64,000 bases of DNA from Histomonas meleagridis 2922-C6/04-290x (lineage: Eukaryota > Protista > Parabasalia). Under the pieces are notes generated by a model. The model was not told where the DNA came from, searched no databases, and saw only the letters and a list, made by a program, of their open reading frames with translations. Both the position numbers and the translations under genes were made by a program. Numbering within the stretch: the first letter of the stretch is position 1; every line of letters starts with the position of its first letter. This document shows positions 10,106 through 19,915 of this stretch, piece after piece. The stretch is taken from positions 248,001 to 312,000 of the forward strand of contig JAANOX010000224.1 in the NCBI GenBank assembly GCA_020184695.1, given 5' to 3'.

Positions 10106-13100
10106 ATGGGAGAAGCAAGTCTAAAACTCTTTCAATCTGTTTTCCAAGGGATTCTTAATTCTCTTTCTGGTGGCATCAATCGTTATTTTTCACCTCTTGA
10201 TGCAAAAATTAATTCAGGTCAATTTAATGAAGAACAACTTGATATTATTACCCAAGAAATGGTCAGTAATTTTCCCAAATTTTTTGTTATGTATCCGAAA
10301 GTAATTGAATCAGCCAAATCTTTTTCCACTTCTAATCCTACAGACATTTTAGAATATTTATGTACACTTTTTAAGAATGAATTTAAGCGAACAGTTGGAT
10401 CTCCCCCCACTATCATTACCATTACCCTTCTTTCTTTTAAGAATACAGACATTCATCATTTTCAATTTTTAAGATACATCACATTAATTATCATAACCGA
10501 CATTATTCACAGTATTTTCAAAGATTACTCTCAATCCCAAGCCATTGACAGCATTCTTTCATGCGGATTTAAATTATGTACATATGAGAAAGATCGATTT
10601 GAACAATTACGACATCTTCTAATTGACAAATGGTCTAACGTATTCAAAGAAATCCCAAGTATGAATTGTAGTGATGTAGAAGTCTGGTTTTTACAATGTT
10701 CATGTGATGTTAGTTATGAATACATGTTTAATCTTGTCAAAAACGTTTCATTTAATCAAAGTTTCATTGATAAAATTCTTTTAGCATTTCAATACACACG
10801 AAAGCATAAATTAATAACAAATTATTTACTGAATGGGTTATCTATTTTATTATCTACTGCGAAATGTAATGAAAACATATTAAAAGAATTTTATGCAATT
10901 GCGAAACTATTAAAGAAATCAGAAACAGTTAAATCAGGAGCAATTGAATTAATCAGTGTATTATTCACACGAATTCCATTTAACGTTAAAAAGATTTCGA
11001 ATTTTTATCAAAGAAGAGTTTTTAAACATGTTGGAAACGATTTAAAAGTTGAACGTTCCGCATTATCATTTTTAAATTTAATACGTGGAGATATCTCCAA
11101 AGTAAAAAATGATGATTGTGAATGTGAGGAATTAAGATATATATCATCATGTGGCCAACAAATTAATAATGAATCATTTGGATCGATTTTTTCGAAAGTA
11201 TTTTTACCTAAAGCGAATTTTTCTATTTGTCCGAATGTTTTTAAAGACATATTAATACATTTAGCGTCACTTGATATAGATTTTTTTATTAATTCGATTA
11301 TGCCTAAGTTTAATAAACCTAATGAACAAATTATACCATTTTTAATGATTATACCATTAATTAACAATAATTTATTTTTAATAAACTCATTAACTTCACA
11401 TTTAAATAATGCTAAAATCCAACAAATTAATACATATTTAAAGAACTTAATTTTATCTGCCGAATTTAAGAAGTTTTTAGCTAATAATTTAACAAAAGAA
11501 AATTTAAATAATGAAATAAATACTAATTCAACAATTTTTGATCAATCGAATTATATATTAGAAAACTTTTTAAAGCAAAATCATTATAAATTCAAATGTA
11601 AACGCAAAAGTATTTTACGTAAGAATTATGAAACGAAAAGTAATAATTTATTATTAAATTTAATAATATTAACATTACCTTATATATTTACTATTCAAGA
11701 TTTTAGTGATTCATTTGTATCAACGTCAATATTAAAGTTATCATCACATAATGATCCATTAATATCAGGATCAATAGCCATAATCTTTAAATCAGTAATA
11801 TTACATCATAATAATTTAATGGTTACATATATTAAAGAATGTATTAATAATATATCTATTGGTGTATTTGATGAATTTCATTCACATTGTTTATATACAT
11901 TATTAAACTTATTACAAAAAACAAATAACTTATCAAATGAACTTGTATCAGAAATAGAATGTACTGCATTTTATTCTTTTATATCAGATGAACCAAGTCA
12001 TCGATATTATGGATTAGAAATCCTTAAATATTTAAGTGCTATAGGTAAAAGTCAATGTTATTTTCTATTAAAATCAAATTCTAATTTAATCTCTGATTGT
12101 TCTAATCAATCAATTATAATGTTACATGTACCTTCAAAACCTACTTTAATATCACCTACTATAGGATCTATAACATTTGAAGATGCATGTTATTCGAATT
12201 ATAATGACGTCTTTTTAATATTTTTAAGTCAATTAATTAATATATTAATACAAAATAATTATATCCAAATATTAATTAATTGTCGAAACTTCTTTAAAAA
12301 CGTTACCGAGAAATATGAATTAATACCAAATTATTCATTATCTGCAATTTGTTTAATATATATTGATTCTTATATATCAGAAGTAATGTGTGATAATGAT
12401 GAAGAAAATATCGATTTAAGTAAATTTGATAAATCTCAAGTTAAAGTAATTATTAATTCGATTATTAATAAAAAGAAAAGTAAACTTATAAAAGTATTAT
12501 TATATTCATTTCGATTTGTTAATGAAAGTTTTATACCTATAATATTACCAATCATATTTTCGATTAATTCTGATTTTTATTCTGAAGCTTTGGTAACATT
12601 TTCATATATAATTCGTTCGCCTAATTGTTTAAAATATGTAATTGATTATGAATTCCCTAATTATATTCAATTCATTACATCATTACAAACATATTTTTAT
12701 AAAAAGAATTTAAACACTACACGCGAAATCGAAATTGATAAAAAAGAATTAAAAATGTTAAAAGAAAACGAAACAATTTGTGTGAATTATTGTGTAATTA
12801 TATCAACACCATTTAATAACTTAAAATGTCCAATTTATGACGACATATGGCCAATCTCATCACGACAAATTATGTTCCAATTTCTAATTCATTGGGCGAA
12901 ATTACCAAATGAATTAGAAAAGATTCAAGTTTATGCATTAAACGCAGTAATATTAATTGTTCGATTAGTGAATATATTCACTGAAAGTTTTAATTTAGAT
13001 GATAATATATTAGAATTAATGATAAAATGCCATTTAAATGGATTCCCTGTATTAGATTCATTATTAGAAAATCATTTTCGTTTGTTATTCAATGATTATA

Positions 13101-15328
13101 TTAAAAATGTATTTAAACGCTCTCGAACTGAATCGATTTTATTCTTGAATTCTTTAGTAGAAATAATGCAAATTCATGAAGATAATTTCGTGGAACAAAT
13201 TGATATAGGTTATTTATTGTTATTAGCAATATGTTATGGAGAAGAAAACCCTGAAATGTTAAAGTTCATATTAAAAGCTGTTGGATTAAAGGTGTTCCAA
13301 AACCAAAAAGAAATCGAAAAAATTATCGATTTGAAAAATGATTTCGATTTATCAAAATCATTCAAATTCGCTACTGAATTGATTTTAAGAGCTGGATTAA
13401 ATATAATCGAAAATTGTAATAATAAGGACTCAATTAAAAGAATTATTTTGGCTTTAATCCCTTGGATTTATAACATTAGAATTTTACCAACTCATGATTG
13501 GATTATACAAGGGATACCCCAAAAGTATAGAATTTTTAACGTCGGATCTTTTCTTAACTATACAGGAAAAGTGTCACAGAATTTATTTAATCAAAAAATC
13601 GATATATTTTGTGAAATTTGGTTGACTTTATTAAAGTCAACTGAAAAGAATTTCATACTGTTGATATTCCTTTATAGTTTAGAATCTGCTAACCTTAAAG
13701 AAAAACTTTTTGCATATTTCATGGAAAAAGATGCTTCATTAGTTTCAAAATTCTTGGCTAAATGTTTAAGCTTTGCTCATTGGTATTATATGAGAACTCA
13801 AAAACAACAAACAGTTTCTTCTCTTTCATGGATACTTAAAGTTATTTCTCAATTCTTCATCGAATTCATAGAAACTTCAAATAATAACTTTACAATAGCT
13901 ATGCATTATGCGTTCTTGTTTATAGAAGAAACGCCAAGTCTTTGTGAATCAATTTTATCTGTTTTCCCTGTTGATGCTATTGATTCTACTTACTTATGGA
14001 CTAAATGTGGTGCTTCAGGTCCACTTCAAATTGAAGATATTGTATCAGAAGTTTCAAAATTGATTTCTGAAAATTATCCAACAGCAATTGAAAAATGGGC
14101 CGATGAAGCAACAAAATGGGTTTTATCTTGTTGTGATGTTAAGACTGCTTATAGATCATTTGTCATATTAAATTCATTATATATAAATAAACCTGTGAAA
14201 AAGTCGTTCATAAGCACGTTAATAGAGACCGTTATATATCATTTATCACATAAATCAGAATTATATACAGAAAATGAATTAGCTTTATTTGTTGGAGAAA
14301 GCTTTGATTATTTATATAACCATCACAGCATAAAGACAGAAAAATTGACTATGAAATACATTTCTTCATTTATTAATTGTAGCATATTCGAAAATAATTG
14401 TATCGAAAAAGCAGTAAAAATTCTTCTGGAATATTATAAACCAGATAAGGAAACTCAAAAGGTATTCATTTATACATTTTTCCCATATTTACATAAACTT
14501 GAAAGTGATCTTGAAGCACAAGAAACTTTAAGCAATCTAATACGAGCTACAGATTCAACAATTCTTTATTTCGTAGCAGCACCATTTTTATATAAACATC
14601 TTCCATTTACTAATGTTGGTAAAACTTATCAACAAATAACATATCTTACATTAACAGCACGTGATGCATCATGTATATTTAAGATGTATTCTAAGATGCT
14701 TACAACAGCTTCTTCTCCTCTCGAAGACGCAATTTTCACAATTTCGACACTTTTGCTTTCAAAATTCAAGAACTTTATCAAACCGAAAATAGTATACAAA
14801 ATTTATGAATTTTCTCTCACAAAAATTTTACGGTTATCACCGGCAGCTGATTTCCTTCTTTGCGTTTCTTCTGTTAATCCAGGAATTGTTTCATTAAAGG
14901 ATGTTGACCCAACCCCAGCTGCTCAATGCGAAAAAGTTAAAATAAAAATGGAGAAGCTTATTGATACAAATTATGAAATGCCCCCTATTACTAAATGTAA
15001 TAAGCTTAAAGATTTAAGAGGGTTGATATCACAACGCAACCCACCAAAGATTTTCCCATATGCTTCGGAGTATGAAATGTATTCAAATGTAATGGATAAA
15101 GCTGAAACTTCTCCAACTACAGTGCCAACAAAGAAAACACCACAAATATCTCCTTCACTTTCTATGATTACAACATCAGTATCTCAGATGTGGATGGCAA
15201 ATGAAATTGTAATGACAATTTCACCACTGAAGGAAAGACCGGTAAAAATGGAACTTCTTGATGAAAGGTCTGAAGAAAATGATAGTGTTAAGTTCGTTAT
15301 TAGTTCTGAAGAGTTCTTAAAACTTTAA
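10106..15328 (+). CDS. Large (~1740 aa) alpha-helical ARM/HEAT-like protein, possibly Furry/Tao3-like
   Basis: Uninterrupted ORF 10043-15328, first ATG 10106; Leu/Ile-rich helical composition. Family guess is from size and pattern only. Confidence 0.6.
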   Translation: MGEASLKLFQSVFQGILNSLSGGINRYFSPLDAKINSGQFNEEQLDIITQEMVSNFPKFFVMYPKVIESAKSFSTSNPTDILEYLCTLFKNEFKRTVGSPPTIITITLLSFKNTDIHHFQFLRYITLIIITDIIHSIFKDYSQSQAIDSILSCGFKLCTYEKDRFEQLRHLLIDKWSNVFKEIPSMNCSDVEVWFLQCSCDVSYEYMFNLVKNVSFNQSFIDKILLAFQYTRKHKLITNYLLNGLSILLSTAKCNENILKEFYAIAKLLKKSETVKSGAIELISVLFTRIPFNVKKISNFYQRRVFKHVGNDLKVERSALSFLNLIRGDISKVKNDDCECEELRYISSCGQQINNESFGSIFSKVFLPKANFSICPNVFKDILIHLASLDIDFFINSIMPKFNKPNEQIIPFLMIIPLINNNLFLINSLTSHLNNAKIQQINTYLKNLILSAEFKKFLANNLTKENLNNEINTNSTIFDQSNYILENFLKQNHYKFKCKRKSILRKNYETKSNNLLLNLIILTLPYIFTIQDFSDSFVSTSILKLSSHNDPLISGSIAIIFKSVILHHNNLMVTYIKECINNISIGVFDEFHSHCLYTLLNLLQKTNNLSNELVSEIECTAFYSFISDEPSHRYYGLEILKYLSAIGKSQCYFLLKSNSNLISDCSNQSIIMLHVPSKPTLISPTIGSITFEDACYSNYNDVFLIFLSQLINILIQNNYIQILINCRNFFKNVTEKYELIPNYSLSAICLIYIDSYISEVMCDNDEENIDLSKFDKSQVKVIINSIINKKKSKLIKVLLYSFRFVNESFIPIILPIIFSINSDFYSEALVTFSYIIRSPNCLKYVIDYEFPNYIQFITSLQTYFYKKNLNTTREIEIDKKELKMLKENETICVNYCVIISTPFNNLKCPIYDDIWPISSRQIMFQFLIHWAKLPNELEKIQVYALNAVILIVRLVNIFTESFNLDDNILELMIKCHLNGFPVLDSLLENHFRLLFNDYIKNVFKRSRTESILFLNSLVEIMQIHEDNFVEQIDIGYLLLLAICYGEENPEMLKFILKAVGLKVFQNQKEIEKIIDLKNDFDLSKSFKFATELILRAGLNIIENCNNKDSIKRIILALIPWIYNIRILPTHDWIIQGIPQKYRIFNVGSFLNYTGKVSQNLFNQKIDIFCEIWLTLLKSTEKNFILLIFLYSLESANLKEKLFAYFMEKDASLVSKFLAKCLSFAHWYYMRTQKQQTVSSLSWILKVISQFFIEFIETSNNNFTIAMHYAFLFIEETPSLCESILSVFPVDAIDSTYLWTKCGASGPLQIEDIVSEVSKLISENYPTAIEKWADEATKWVLSCCDVKTAYRSFVILNSLYINKPVKKSFISTLIETVIYHLSHKSELYTENELALFVGESFDYLYNHHSIKTEKLTMKYISSFINCSIFENNCIEKAVKILLEYYKPDKETQKVFIYTFFPYLHKLESDLEAQETLSNLIRATDSTILYFVAAPFLYKHLPFTNVGKTYQQITYLTLTARDASCIFKMYSKMLTTASSPLEDAIFTISTLLLSKFKNFIKPKIVYKIYEFSLTKILRLSPAADFLLCVSSVNPGIVSLKDVDPTPAAQCEKVKIKMEKLIDTNYEMPPITKCNKLKDLRGLISQRNPPKIFPYASEYEMYSNVMDKAETSPTTVPTKKTPQISPSLSMITTSVSQMWMANEIVMTISPLKERPVKMELLDERSEENDSVKFVISSEEFLKL

Positions 15329-15488
15329 GGGATTTTCATTACAGAATCTATTGATTTAATAAATAATTAATTAGAATAACTCAATACAATATTGCGGGCT
15401 TAAAAAATTTTTAGCTTGTTGTGATAGTTATTTTTTGTTAGTACGAACAAATCTGTTTCAACTTTGAGCTCAAAAAAATATTAAAAAA

Positions 15489-15570
15489 TGGTACCAGTGG
15501 GGTTCGAACCCACGCACCTCTCGGTAATGGGACTTGAATCCATCGCCTTAGACCACTCGGCCATAGTACC
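15489..15570 (-). tRNA. tRNA-Leu (anticodon CAA)
   Basis: Minus strand GGTACTA...TGGTACCA acceptor, GCCGAGTGGTCTAAGGC D-arm, ATGGA-TTCAAGT-CCCAT anticodon arm, long variable arm ACC-GAGA-GGT, GTGGGTTCGAACCCCAC T-arm. Confidence 0.92.
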
Positions 15571-15656
15571 TCTGTTGTTTTTATGAATATGAAGTCTGAT
15601 AACCAGGAATTTTGGAAAAGTAAACGGCTGCCTTGACCATTTTGAAAAGTGGCATT

Positions 15657-16241
15657 ATGTTTTGGGAAATCGAACTCTCACAGAAAGTACGGATTCATCC
15701 AACAAATCTTTCAAGGGACATTGAAACTAGTACCCTTGGTAGAGAGCTTCGTAAATGTGTTGAGGGGCTCGTTACACCAAACGATGGTATTATTCTTCAT
15801 GTTCAAAAAATAATTTCCTTTGATGCAGGCTTTATTTCATTTAGGACTGGATTTGCAATCTTCAATGTTAAATACAGTGCGATTGTTTTTCATCCGAGAA
15901 AAGGACAAGTTATCGATGCTGTTATTACCGAAGTAAAAAATCTTGGTATATATGCTGAAGCTGGTCCTTTAAGTTTGTTTATTGCCAACAAATGCATGCC
16001 AGAATGGTATCAGTTTAGTTGGGAAAATTCATCGTTTGTTCCAATTGTTGGAGCTACAGCAATTTTAGGGAATCAAGGGAAGGTAAAACAACTTACCACA
16101 AACGACCAACGTAAAAACTATGTACTTCAAAGAGGCACAAAGATCAGAGTAAAGATTATCAATGCAAAACCTCATACAGATTTAACTAAATTAACAGCAA
16201 CAGCTACAATAGATGATGAGTATTTAGGTTTTATTGGATAA
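15657..16241 (+). CDS. RPB7: RNA polymerase II subunit RPB7
   Basis: MFWEIELSQKVRIHP...GFAIFNVKYSAIVFHPRKGQVIDAVITEVKNLGIYAEAGPLSLFI matches the RPB7 N-terminal and S1 domains; first ATG 15657. Confidence 0.88.
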   Translation: MFWEIELSQKVRIHPTNLSRDIETSTLGRELRKCVEGLVTPNDGIILHVQKIISFDAGFISFRTGFAIFNVKYSAIVFHPRKGQVIDAVITEVKNLGIYAEAGPLSLFIANKCMPEWYQFSWENSSFVPIVGATAILGNQGKVKQLTTNDQRKNYVLQRGTKIRVKIINAKPHTDLTKLTATATIDDEYLGFIG

Positions 16242-16572
16242 TAAAAATAATATAACGAGTAGAGTTTAATTTTCCAAATAATAATTTATAGTAAAAAATT
16301 CATAAGAAAAAATTATAATTTTGATAAATTTTATCATTAAAAAAATCTTTAAAAGCATGCAGAAAGTTACTCACAAACCCTCACTCGTTACAATTTCAAG
16401 GAAGCTTTACCTTCTTTATAAAATATCAGAACAATGCTTGAGCATACAGTAAAAAAATTTTCGTTTTTATATACATTAATTGTTTCAATTTAAATATCTA
16501 AGTTAATATTCGTGTTTTGGAATATAAAAAGTTTTTACTAATTTTTGCTTTTATTGATATATAAGATATGCT

Positions 16573-18598
16573 CTAGAATAAAAATATTTTCCCATAAGAG
16601 AATTGTTCCCAAATATCTAATTTAACTATTTCTCTTTTACCATTTTCGGATGCGAGCATAAATGCTGTTTTAAATAATTTAAATAATTACCAAACAATAT
16701 TTTGAAATCTGAGTACATTGTAATAAATATTGTATAAAATAAATTCATATTTTTTGCATTAATATCTATTCCTTCTTGTTCAAGTAGTAATTTGACTATA
16801 TCTATATGCCCATTAAAAGATGCTAACATAAGTGCTGTAAAAAATGATTTAAATAAATTCCAAATATTATTTTGAAACATCAAAATGTTAAAATAAAACT
16901 TAAATAAAACAAATAAATATTTTTAGCATTAATATCAATTCCTTCTTGTTCAAGAAGTAATTGAACTATTTCTGTATGACCATTCCAAGATGCCCACAGA
17001 AGTGCGGTATAAAATAATTTAAATAATTTCCAAATATTATTTTGAAATATCAAATTATTAAAATAAAATTTATATAAAACGAATAAGCATCTCTTGCATT
17101 AATATCAATGCCTTTTTGTCTAAGAAGTAATTTAACAATTTCTGTTTGATTATAAAGAGTTGCCAAAATGAGTGCTGTTTGAAATAATTTTGATAATTTC
17201 CAAATTTCATTTAAATATATTAAATTATTCCAAGAAACATTAATCAAAAGAAAAAAATATTTGCAACATTAATATCCAATTCTTCTTTTTCGAGAAGTAA
17301 ATTGATTATTTTCAAGTAACCTTTTTCAGAAGCAGCCATAAGTAATGTATAAAATAATATGATTTTCCTCCAAAAATTTTTGTGAATTATCAAATTATTA
17401 CTACGAATAATAAATATAATAAATATACATCTTTAGCATTAATATCAAATCCCTTTTGTTCGAGAATTAGTTGTATTATTTTTGTGTTTTCATAACTAAT
17501 TGCATAGATAAGACATACACCAAACAATATAAATAATTTTTAAATATTATTTTGAAATATCAAATTTTTTAAATTATTAAATAAAGAAAATAAACATTTT
17601 CAGCATTTACACCAATTCCTTCTTGCTTTGTAAGTAATTTAACAATTTTTATATGATTAAATACACAAGCATAAATTAATGCTGTTCTAAATAATTTAAA
17701 ATATTTCCAAAATTTATTTTGAAATTTCAAATTATTAAATCAGATTTTAAAACTAATAATTAGTTATTTTTAATGTATATATCAATTCCTTCTTGTTCAA
17801 GAAGTAATTTAACAATTTTTATACAATTATTTCTAGATGCTTTCATAAGTGCTGTATCAAATTATATGAATAATTACCAAATAAAATCATCAAATTAAAA
17901 ATTAGTTAAACAAATAATAAATAAAACGAATAAATATCTACAGCATTAATATCAATTCCTTCTTGTTCAAGAAGTAATTTAACTGTTTCTGTATTACCTT
18001 TTTCAGACGCAATAATAAGTGCTGTTTTAAATATTATGAATGAATTCCAAATGTTATTTTGAAATCAGAAATAATTACTAAAAATAATAAATCAAAAAAA
18101 TCAACACCCTTAGTATTAATATTAATTCCTTGTTCAAGAAATAATTTAACAATTTTAGTGTGATTATTTTCAGATGCTAATATTAATGATGTATTTCCAA
18201 ATATTAAATTGAAATCCATTTTTAATTAAAAAGATATAAAATAAAACAACCAGACATCTTTAGTATTTATGTCAATTCCTTCTTGAACAAGAAGTAATTT
18301 TACTATTTCTATATGATTGTTTTTAGATGCTTTCATAAGTGCTGTATCAAGTAACATGATTAATTTCCAATTATTTTATACAAATTCTAAATTTTTTCAT
18401 TAAATTTTAAATATATAAAATAACTATCTTTAATATTGATGTCAATTCCTTCTTGTTCAAGAAGTAATATAACTAATTCTATATATCCATATTCAGATGC
18501 ATAAATAAGTATTGCCTTAAATAATTTAATTAAAATCCAAAAAATGTTTTGGAATATCAAATTATACAAATATAATTGGAAAATAAAATTTGATCATT
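16573..18598 (-). repeat. Array of 12 ankyrin modules (~90 nt) at ~170-nt period separated by 80-nt AT-rich spacers
   Basis: Module starts (T of TAL position) at 18515, 18345, 18192, 18025, 17855, 17685, 17518, 17348, 17178, 17008, 16838, 16668. Each reads e.g. TALLWASWNGHTEIVQLLLEQEGIDINAKN; the last is partial and ends at TAG 16575-16573. Confidence 0.92.
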
Positions 18599-19636
18599 TT
18601 TATAATTAACATCAATTTCTTTGTTTGCTAGAAAAAAGTTTATTAAATCAATATTTATGAATTCATTGGTTGGAAACAAAAGTAAATTAATAATCTTTTC
18701 GAATGAATACTTAACAATTTCATTTTCGTAGATATATTTGAAGATATCATTTTTATGGAATTTAATCGCTGCTTCATATGCGCCTTCAAATGATGAACGA
18801 TTTTGTTCACATAGGTGAATTATTTCAATGTTTCCACCAGCAATTGCATATTTACCTGTATTATTTACTTTTGCACCATTCATAAGCAAATATTTAAAAC
18901 ATTTAATAGCAGAAAAAAATGCTGCATAATCAATTAACGTAACATTTTCTGTATTAATAAATGAACATTTTTCATAAAGTGATGGTGTAATTTTTTGATT
19001 AAAATCAAAATATTCTCGGGATGATATTTCTTGAAGTTTTTCTATTTCATCATTTCGAATTATTTTTGCAAGATCATTTGGATTAACTCCTTCTTTAACA
19101 TATCTCTTATGAAGTTTCCAATTGTCTTTTACAAGTTTTTCGAAATTTTTTGTAAAATATGTTCCAAATGGAAGATCTATTGATATATCTTTAATTTTTG
19201 GAAAGATATAATGTGAGAAATAATTAGTTTTTTTATTCAATATAAAATTTGTTGATAACATATCTAATTCTATCATTTTCTCAAGAAGAAAATAAGATTC
19301 TTGAGTGTCTAGGCCAAGAAGATAATGCGAAAATATATCAACTAAATTATCATTAATTTTATTTAATTCATTTTCTTTTGTTTCAATTTTTTTAATATAA
19401 TTAATGTATATATTAAAATCTTTCATTTGTGAAATAAATGATAAATAAATTAACCTTACAATTACAATATTGAAACATAATGAAATATCACTATAAAAAA
19501 GATTTATTGTTGCTTCAACAGATTCGATAATATTATCTTCGCTTAAATTAAAAATTATTTCATCGAGTAGCATGAGGGTTTGTGCCCACTTTTTTGAGGA
19601 GTAACCAAGAGCTGATATTGTTTTAATTTTTTTCAT
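18557..19636 (-). CDS. DUF3447/ankyrin-family protein, N-terminal open reading frame
   Basis: 359-aa ATG ORF with TLIDYAAFFSAIKCFKYLLMNGA and AIAGGNIEIIHLCEQ (trichomonad DUF3447-type); ends ..KEIDVNYKN then stops inside the first spacer of the downstream array. Confidence 0.85.
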   Translation of the reverse strand: MKKIKTISALGYSSKKWAQTLMLLDEIIFNLSEDNIIESVEATINLFYSDISLCFNIVIVRLIYLSFISQMKDFNIYINYIKKIETKENELNKINDNLVDIFSHYLLGLDTQESYFLLEKMIELDMLSTNFILNKKTNYFSHYIFPKIKDISIDLPFGTYFTKNFEKLVKDNWKLHKRYVKEGVNPNDLAKIIRNDEIEKLQEISSREYFDFNQKITPSLYEKCSFINTENVTLIDYAAFFSAIKCFKYLLMNGAKVNNTGKYAIAGGNIEIIHLCEQNRSSFEGAYEAAIKFHKNDIFKYIYENEIVKYSFEKIINLLLFPTNEFINIDLINFFLANKEIDVNYKNDQILFSNYICII

Positions 19637-19915
19637 TTATTTATTTTTTTTTTAAACCAGTAACTTTTTCAATAATCAAAAACAGTTTTTATAGACCGTT
19701 TAGTAGAACTTTTTGATTTTCTTTTAATCAGCCTCACTTTGAAAAAATGTATAGTTTACTTCACTGAAATAACTGTAATATTTGAATGCCATTTAAGTGC
19801 AAATCACTTCACTTAACATTAATATTTAACGACTCAAAAACATATGCAAACATCAATCGGATGTACACAAGATGTTAACCATTCGACACAACTAATTCTT
19901 AAATATTTAAATTCT

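Noticed and set aside
16666-18425. Canonical GT-AG introns in the ankyrin spacers (ACAG at the T-A codons in 7 of 12 units; GT at some spacer starts or in GTTTTAT)
   Set aside because: ACAG is explained by ACA-GCA codons and is absent in 5 units. The common GT-to-ACAG choices remove 84 or 76 nt, which do not restore frame, and they delete the conserved Thr.
16573-18598. CRISPR-like array
   Set aside because: Periodic, but the repeated part encodes ankyrin and the spacers are homologous to each other. The host is eukaryotic and there are no cas genes.
16573-18598. Stop-codon reassignment or ciliate-style TA-bounded IES as the explanation
   Set aside because: Neighbouring genes end at TAA, TAG and TGA and long ORFs are open in the standard code. 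Readthrough would not fix the 17-nt frame shift, and TA pairs do not bound the inserts consistently.
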